From: Octopus bimaculoides
Taxonomy: Eukaryota
Length of the DNA stretch: 64,000 nt
Assembly (NCBI RefSeq): GCF_001194135.2
Contig: NC_068982.1
Location: 182,999,290-183,063,289 of the forward strand
Direction: 5' to 3'
Below are positions 56,114 to 64,000 of this stretch, one piece after another. A program made the translations under genes and the position numbers. The notes under the pieces were generated by a model. It did no database searches. It saw only the letters and a program-made list of their open reading frames with translations, and was not told the origin of the DNA. Every line of letters starts with the position of its first letter. The stretch's first letter is position 1.

Positions 56114-56201
56114 ATGTCAAAATATTTTTTGAAATGGAAACAACGTATTCACAATGAAAATGACGTGTCTAAAGAAGATGTCTTTCAGTTTATCGTAATA
56201 G
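56114..56201 (+). CDS. Rab27-like small GTPase, coding exon 1 (MSKYFLKWKQRIHNENDVSKEDVFQFIVI + first base of Gly)
   Basis: ATG at 56114 with an in-frame TAA upstream at 56090. Ends in a perfect phase-1 donor G|GTAAGT. FQFIVI-G supplies the hydrophobic beta1 strand that precedes a P-loop and splices in frame to GC-GAT of the next exon. Confidence 0.8.
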
Positions 56202-56313
56202 GTAAGTATGGAAGAGAGGATCGCGGTTAGAACGATGTGTAACCTATTGAATATTGAAATATTTCTGTTGCAAGATAAAAACATGTATATAGACACAAAC
56301 ACTCATACATACA

Positions 56314-56348
<35 letters not shown>

Positions 56349-56548
56349 GCATACATATATACATATATATGCATACATATAGAACAATATAAGTATTTTG
56401 ATATTGGTTCCTCGTAACTTTCTGCAAAATGCAGATTTCTAAATGAAATTTTGCAGAGACAGGTTATGCAAGGAGGAAATTATGAATAACACGATATTTC
56501 TATCTTTTCTTTTTTTTTTTTTTNNNNNNNNNNTTTTTTTTTTTTTTT

Positions 56549-56712
56549 TAAATGGAAAAAAAATTAAATTTAGAGTTCTAAAAACAAAAATGGAAAACAA
56601 ATTTCGGGTTCTAAAAATAAAAATGCAAAAACATTTGGGGATTCTAAAATCAAAAATGGAAAAAAATTTGGGGTTCTAAAAACAGAAATGGAAAAAACTT
56701 TGGGGGGTTCTC
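56549..56712. repeat. About 33-bp minisatellite in Rab intron 1
   Basis: About 5 degenerate copies of aaatggaaaaaaatttggggttctaaaaaca. Confidence 0.8.
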
Positions 56713-57266
56713 CACAACAATTTTACTTTTTACCAAAACTGTCTTCAAAATACATTTGCTTCAAGGAAATTTTACTAAGATGAGATTTTGAGAACAATAA
56801 GGTACAACATAAAACAATTATATTTTAAAATTATTTCTTCTCGAAATAATTACAAGCTACACCGTGAAAATGTAAATTAACAAAATTTTATTTAAAAATA
56901 AATATTTCAAAAAGAATCACAAGAAAGAAAAGATAAGAAGTGGAAGACTTTGAAAATCTCCAAAAATATCAATTTTTTTCCCCTTAAACTTATATCTTGA
57001 ATAAGTGTGTTTGCTAAATTTCATTACGCAATATGCATTTTTAAGACAGTTGGGAGGAAACAAAGACTGTGCCAGATACATCTCAGTGGATGGGTTTATT
57101 CATAGACAAACACACACACACACTCTCAAATATATATCCACCCCTACACACGTGCACACACACATGTAAATATGTATATATGCATACATACATACATATA
57201 TATATATATATACACACACATATGTGTCTCTCTCTATATATATATATACACACACACGTATCTGTC

Positions 57267-57535
57267 NNNNNNNNNNTCCATTTGTTGTTTACACCACCTG
57301 TCTTCGTCTGTTGTTTTTTTCGTGAACCCTCCCATACATACATACATACATACATACATACATACTTTTTTTTTCTCTCCTTGTTTCTCTTCTTGTTTTT
57401 TTCTGTGTTCCTTTCTGTTGAAGAGCGTAGGCTCGAAACGTTAAAGACTTTCTCTGTTCCTGAGCGTTATACTAATACATCCATTTGTTGTTTACACCAC
57501 CTGTCTTCGTCTGTTGTTTTTCGTGAATTCTCCTA
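57267..57535 (+). mobile_element. Penelope-type terminal repeat, partly tandem, in Rab intron 1
   Basis: Internal direct repeat ccatttgttgtttacaccacctgtcttcgtctgttg occurs twice. Homologous to 59360-59530. Hammerhead-like motif at 57411-57446. Confidence 0.6.
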
Positions 57536-57598
57536 TACATACATACATACATATATACATACATAACGTCTTTAAAAGCGTCTTTTTGTAGCATGGTG

Positions 57599-57819
57599 TA
57601 CGAGCGGGTGCTGAAAATTTCCTGGCTTTGGGTAAAAGAAAATACATGAGGATCAGTCAGTTATGATTTTATTTAACATATTCTCCTTTCAAATTCAAAC
57701 ACTTATTGCAGCGGTCCTTCAGTTTTTCTAAACCCTGTAAAAGAGCTCGGAAGGTTGGACCTCGAACCAGGCCTTTCGCGACATCCTTAAAGCAAGGAAC
57801 TTTTCAGCACTCCCTCGTA
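57599..57819. mobile_element. Mariner-derived MITE
   Basis: 31-bp TIRs including the terminal TA, 27/31 identical (TACGAGCGGGTGCTGAAAATTTCCTGGCTTT). The interior resembles a mariner 3' end (KGEYVK* on the minus strand). Confidence 0.85.
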
Positions 57820-58074
57820 CAATGATTAATTCATCTTTGGATATTGCCCTTCAGTCAATAAATTCGAGAGGAATTTATCGTGTGTAGGTCCCTAACTTAA
57901 AAGGGTATGCTAACATAAATGTTTTAATTAGGCTCGGTTGACAACTCCGTTAACCTGCTTTACCTTAGAGGCTAGTCATCTTTCTTTGGATGGTCGTATA
58001 ACTGTTTTTCGCATATTTAATATTTCCCTTTTAAAAGTCTGTAACTAACTTTATTATGCATGATTTTATTACAG

Positions 58075-58181
58075 GCGATGCTTCAGTCGGCAAAACAACA
58101 TGGATCAATCATTTTTTCAGCGGCTATACAAGCAGGAGTTTTGCCCCGACGGTCGGAATTGATTTTCGTTGTAAAAGAATG
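58075..58181 (+). CDS. Rab27-like small GTPase, coding exon 2 (G-DASVGKTTWINHFFSGYTSRSFAPTVGIDFRCKRM)
   Basis: Acceptor ttttattacag| and donor ATG|gtcagt. Contains the G1 P-loop GDASVGKT and the switch I/RabF1 motif PTVGIDF. Confidence 0.93.
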
Positions 58182-58499
58182 GTCAGTAACAAGGGAACAC
58201 CTTTATAAAAGGGGTCAATGTAAATAGACTAGTGTTTTTTTTTTAATTATTTTTTGTACACATCTTTCAAAATCATATAACCATATATAGTACTACTGAC
58301 ACGGTACGAATCTATCGTACTATCGACAATGTTACATGCACCTATTGGTCTATTATGATAACACACACATTATACAGTGCTTTAGATACATTACACTCTG
58401 TTGTATAACTAACACGATGTATATTATAGTCCACGTATATAGAGAGGGCTTCTCAATCACAAGAACAAATATCTACATGGGCTTCTGCTCAAATGTTCC

Positions 58500-59530
58500 A
58501 TCATTCCTACACACATCCGGCATCGAACTTGCTATTTACCTTCGACCATACGCTGGCGTCTTCATCATCCAAACTAGAATCCTACTAGGCCCAACCAACG
58601 TTCAGCGTAACCTTCCACATCGAATGTACACCTTCCAAAATACTGCGTACTCTACAATACACTATAGATAGACAAGGCATGTTATTGGCTGGTTGAATGG
58701 TTTCATAAGCTCCTCCCTAGTGTCCATAACAACACTCAAACAGTTCCCGTGGTCAGTCACTTTATCATGTCTGGTCAGTCAGCGTCAACATCTTGGCTTG
58801 TCTTTTCCTAAACTATGGCTCATCTTACTTACGTAAAGGCATGGGATAATGACTTATTTTTATTCTCTGAATCTTTGTTCTGCAAGAAAGGAATGTATGC
58901 CTCAAATTCCTACGAATCTGCTCTACCACCACAAAATTCTTACTGCCCACGTTCGAAGCAGACTTCTCAACCATACAATCATGGCTATCGAATATATATA
59001 TATATTCGATATACCCACATACCCCACCTCTACCTCCACCTCCAGCCTAACCGACACCCCACCCGTGCTTTCCCCACTCTCGCCTCTTCACCTCCCAACA
59101 CCATCACACCACACCACGCTACACCTTACCACGCAACACATCACATCACAACACACCACCACTGACCAATTCCCATCCCCACATTTTCACACCTTCACAC
59201 CTACATACACACACGCATAAGTTAAGATCACCAGCATTCTCTCACACACACGCACGCACCTTTGTTTTGGGATCACTACTACTTTGTTATCTCCCCTTCT
59301 TCTTAACTCCCCTGTGTGACCCTTCTGTCCGGCATTCGCCATGATAGATCGCTGACCACTACACACATTTTTTTGTCTCCTTGTTTTTCTCCTTGTTTCT
59401 TTTTGTGTTCCTTTCTGTAGAAGAGCGTAGGACGAAACGTTAAAGACTTTCTCAATTCCCGAGCGTTATACTAATACATCTATTAATTTTCAACACCAAC
59501 TGTCTTCGTCTGTTGTTTTTTTTTTGTGAA
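58500..59530 (+). mobile_element. Degraded Penelope-like element (GIY-YIG remnant plus terminal repeat with hammerhead-like motif) in Rab intron 2
   Basis: Remnants RTC and WLVEWFHKLLPSVHNNTQTVPVVSHFIMSGQS resemble RLADRFAEHLRSV..PVAxHF..GHS. The 3' repeat 59360-59530 matches 57361-57530. Confidence 0.6.
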
Positions 59531-60729
59531 TTCTCCTTATATATATGTCGAATACCACTATAAATTTAAGTTTGCTATATACCCGTGTATATAAAGAAAT
59601 CTGTATAAGTGCGTGTGTATATGCGAGCGCTTCTATGAATGAGAACATGTATTTATATGTTTATGTACTCTTGCATATATGCGAATGTGTATATCAATAC
59701 AAATCTCTTTTGGTACAACAGCTTGAGTGTGTGTCTATTGGTGCATCTGAATGCTTATATATAATGATATTTACTACAGATGACTTACCGCCATAACATT
59801 AATGGCCTCAATCGCATCTGTCTAGGAGGGCCAGCAAATTCATTTAACTATACAATTACATTAACGTAATGTAACTCTTTGTATATCTAGATGTAATGTC
59901 ACTTAACTCAGCTGAAACCTCACGGGGGTTTTGTGCGTTGCTTTAGCACACAGAAATCCTAATAACTTACTGAGAAATTCTCATTATCTCCCCTGTTCAA
60001 ATAACACTGAGAAGCATATGTGACAGAGTTGACAAAGGCCTGAAGTCGTAAGTACCATCACACACACCTACAGATGGAGTTCATTGAAACACTACATGTC
60101 ACTAAAATGGTCATTGACTTTACAATGCTACAACGGCTCACTTCGGGAGAATGCTGTATCCTGTATCCTTCATAGTTCGAGATTTTTCCTCCTTCATAAA
60201 GATCACAGAATATCGAAATACCCATTAATAGTCCAACCAAGCATCCCATCAAAGTCCCATTGTGTTCCTATTCTGTCCCATATACAAGAGGTTTTACAGA
60301 TGATGAACAACTCATGTGCTTCGTTTTCATTTTACCCCAATCAATCATCTAAAAAGAAATATATCAAAGTTGAACTAAAAGGCTAGAAACATTCTCCCGG
60401 GCAATTCTTTGCAGAAATATCTATGGAGTTTTCGGGATGGCCGAAGAGACACTTTGCATCAATGACAATCAGTGATTCTTTTGGCCCTGTATGAGTCATT
60501 GTACGAGATCAGATCGTGTTTAGAGTTTTTTCCAAGAATATGCAAATGTAATGTCCACTCGAGAAAGAGAATGAAGACTCGGGGAAGTAAATTCCTTATT
60601 CAATAGTGCAGTCGGTTGAGAGTCGAACAGTTCTTTTGCTGTCCGCAGTGAGATTGAATAAGCACAACAGACATTTACGTGTGTTTTATTGCATAACATG
60701 TAAATTTGTTTCATTTATGAGTGCAGTGA

Positions 60730-61368
60730 CAGCTAAAGTTTTGGGTGAAGCCGCCGGGCACAGATTAATGTGCACTAAGTCAGACATTTCCAAGATGGCC
60801 GAAAAAATGTCGATATTGACGAACGTTTTGGGAGACCCGCAACCAGCCGAACTGAGAAAAACATCGTAGATGTGCGTGCAGCTGTGAGGGGAAATCGTCG
60901 AATCACCATCCGTGAGTTATCAGAGGATGTGAAGATTAGTTACGGTTCAGTTCAGTTTATTTTCACTGAAGATTTGGGTATGAGATGCGTGTCTATAAAG
61001 TTTGTGCCAAAAGTGCTTTCAGCTGACACTTGGGTTTCAGTTGCACAAAATCTCCTTGATTGTGATGAGAACGATGAAAACTTTTAGAAAACTTTGTGTA
61101 GGCCTCTGAGTAGATATCGCCAAGCTTTTGGCAAAATTTGATGCCGATTCTCTGCTCAACTTTCTCTGTCATTGTCAATGCGACGAACACACGCTACACA
61201 GGTTAATTCCAAGCACTGCTGTAAATAGCTGAAGTGAGCTAGAACGTTAAAACTTAGTACCAATGCACAACAGAGTTCAAAGTCAATCTGTGCCAAACGG
61301 CTTCACTCTGCGTTCTTTAGCTTCGTTACTTTGGTGACAGTCCGGATACTTATTGATCAGACCTCGCA
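60730..61368. mobile_element. Rearranged mariner fossil in Rab intron 2
   Basis: Minus strand 61090-61368 holds a TIR and MTEKVEQRIGIKFCQKLG. Plus strand 60735-61090 holds DGRKNVD...RRITIRELSEDVKISYGSVQ...KFVPKVL. Confidence 0.8.
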
Positions 61369-61384
61369 TGTATAATACATATAG

Positions 61385-61440
<56 letters not shown>

Positions 61441-62157
61441 CAACATATAGACAACGCAACACAAGACTTTAAAAAAAGACTTTCACTTTGAACAATTTAT
61501 GAAGGTATGCGCTTGACTAACAAATAGTTTTACTGGCAGCGTAACGACGGGTAACGACATACCGTCGTTCATTTTAGTCCCTCTCTTTTGACAACGGTTA
61601 GATTGTATAACCATGACGAGCGTTTTTGTCTCTCTCTAACGTATATAGCAAATTTATTCCGTTTACGAATGCAGAAACAGCTAAAATTTTGGCGTGTACC
61701 CCATTGTGAACTATAGTTCTCTATGTATTTTATTCACAGCTTCGTGTTCCATATTTTTCTGAACAGCAATCTAATTGATCTGTCGTCTGTTTCATCAATC
61801 TTTTTTTTTTTTTCTGCCATCTATTTCACCTAACTTATTCTTCATCCGTCATCTCTTTCATCAGTCATCCGTCTATGAACAATTAATTGAATACCAGCAG
61901 GAGATTGGTCACTATTTAAAATCAACTACTATAATTTTTTTGCACAAAACAATGACAATCTTTAGTGAAAATAAAACTGTTGCTGCTATGATGATGATGA
62001 TGATGATGATGATGACGACGATGACGACGATTGGTGGGGAGGAGAAAAAATGGTGAAAGAGAAGTGTAAATAAGAGGACGAGGTGTTGATATGAAAGAGG
62101 AGATAAGGATCGTTAGTAACTGTTTTTTGTTGCTTTTTTTGTTTTTTCACGTTGCAG

Positions 62158-62252
62158 AACTATAGAATCATCCAAACATTACCGAACGGACAGTCAAAGG
62201 TTTACTATCGCCAAGCATCTGTACAAATCTGGGATACGGCTGGAATGGAAAG
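62158..62252 (+). CDS. Rab27-like small GTPase, coding exon 3 (NYRIIQTLPNGQSKVYYRQASVQIWDTAGME-R); gene continues beyond window
   Basis: Long polypyrimidine tract plus ttgcag| acceptor in phase 0, matching exon 2. RabF2/G3 QIWDTAG. AG|GT donor inside the Arg codon. The long beta2-beta3 insert is typical of Rab27. Confidence 0.92.
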
Positions 62253-62840
62253 GTGCCCCTGTTTGTATATAATTATAAACAAGTATTCATTTTATGTATA
62301 TGTGAGTGTTGGTGTGTGTGTGTATGTATATCTATATATCCATATATGTGTGTTTATTACTATATATATTATATCATATTATGATGTATATATATATATA
62401 TATATATTATTTTGTTTAAACAAAATAATATATTCCTCTATACACAATCATACAAAAAAACCACCTTTTTTGTATTTATTTTTACTCGCATATATATATA
62501 TATATATATANNNNNNNNNNNNNNNNNNNNNNNNNNNNNNNNNNNNNNNNNNNNNNNNNNNNNNNNNNNNNNNNNNNNNNNNNNNNNNNNNNNNNNNNNN
62601 NNNNNNNNNNNNNNNNNNNNNNNNNNNNNNNNNNNNNNNNNNNNNNNNNNNNNNNNNNNNNNNNNNNNNNNNNNNNNNNNNNNNNNNNNNNNNNNNNNNN
62701 NNNNNNNNNNNNNNNNNNNNNNNNNNNNNNNNNNNNNNNNNNNNNNNNNNNNNNNNNNNNNNNNNNNNNNNNNNNNNNNNNNNNNNNNNNNNNNNNNNNN
62801 NNNNNNNNNNNNNNNNNNNNNNNNNNNNNNNNNNNNNNNN

Positions 62841-62881
<41 letters not shown>

Positions 62882-63704
62882 ATATATTATATATATATTC
62901 GTATATATGGGGAACAATTTTTCATTCATGCATGTTTCCTTAAGTACGACACTATGTTCAACCCTTATCTATTTCTATATTAGATTTCTTTTCTATGTTC
63001 TTATTAGTGTTATTCAGTTGGTTAGGAACAGAAGAGTTCCTAAATCCAGATCCGATATTTCCAGACTTTCTCTGCCTCATTGGGTATATTTTGCATTTGT
63101 ATTGGTTGATTACGTGCACTTTCAGTCAAATGTTTTTTAACCCTTAACATCATGAATCATTAGTCACATGTTGATTTGTTTGTTGCGGTTAAATGTTAAC
63201 CGTTATCATTTTACTATTACATGTCGGTAGCCACGTATCAATTTTTTGTTGTATGTGTTTGCGTATTAATTTTGGCATGAGTATGATTTCAATAAAATTC
63301 TATGTGGAATTTTATAAGATATATAAATATTGCAAGTGCACGATGAGCTTACATAACAGACTAGTACAGCATTCAACACAGACACCAAATAAATGTTATC
63401 TTGGAAATGACGCTGTGAATATCTGGAAACGTTTAATGTGGATTTAGGAACTCTATTGTTCTGAACTAACTGTAAAAAAAACAGCTAAGAAAATACCAAA
63501 AAATACTTGAATAAAAATGATAACTTAGTCACGTATTTAATGAAACGTATATGTTTATATGCACATATATGCGCTTGTTTGTGTGTGTAAGTAAATATGT
63601 AAGTGTGTTGTCTTTAATTATTAATTATTTGAAGTCTTCCTGTGAGGAAGGAGTTGTTTTCTAACAAAAACCAAATCCACATTTAGAACTTAAGAAACGT
63701 CTTA

Positions 63705-63880
63705 CATATATATGTATATATGCATGTATGTATGTACGTACGAACGTACGTACGTACGTACGTACGTATGTATGTATGTATGTATGTATGTATGTATGCA
63801 TGTATGTATGTATGCATGCATGCATGCATGCATGCATGTATGTATGTATGTATGTATGTATGTATGTATGTATGTATGTA
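63705..63880. repeat. Compound (TATG)/(TACG)/(CATG) tetranucleotide repeat
   Basis: Read directly from the sequence. Confidence 0.95.
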
Positions 63881-64000
63881 TTGTAGTAGCCAAAATAGTA
63901 TTTTACTAATATTTTAAAATTGCTTTATAACAATCTTCCACTTCAAGTCAATGATGCTTCACCGCGTCTGTTAGTAGTCAGTTGTTGGCCAGTTCTCATA

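Overview
AT-rich, repeat-saturated eukaryotic genomic DNA with many N gaps. The microsatellite density and the repeat families look like an octopus (coleoid cephalopod) scaffold; this is inferred from the repeats, not confirmed by a search. One host protein-coding gene is supported: the first three coding exons (56114-56201, 58075-58181, 62158-62252, + strand) of a divergent Rab27-like small GTPase that continues beyond the window. Its G3 motif reads DTAGME instead of DTAGQE. The rest is transposon-derived or simple repeat: several tRNA-headed SINE families, Tc1/mariner fossils and MITEs, a hAT MITE, R4/Dong-like fragments in (TAA)n tracts, RTE and CR1-group LINE ends, Penelope-like GIY-YIG fragments and a possible solo LTR. 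The most notable non-coding signal is a set of minimal hammerhead-ribozyme folds, found in a Pol III SINE-like element and in Penelope terminal repeats. Nearly all long ORFs in the supplied track come from microsatellites or N runs. All alignments and folds were done by eye, and TE coordinates are approximate.
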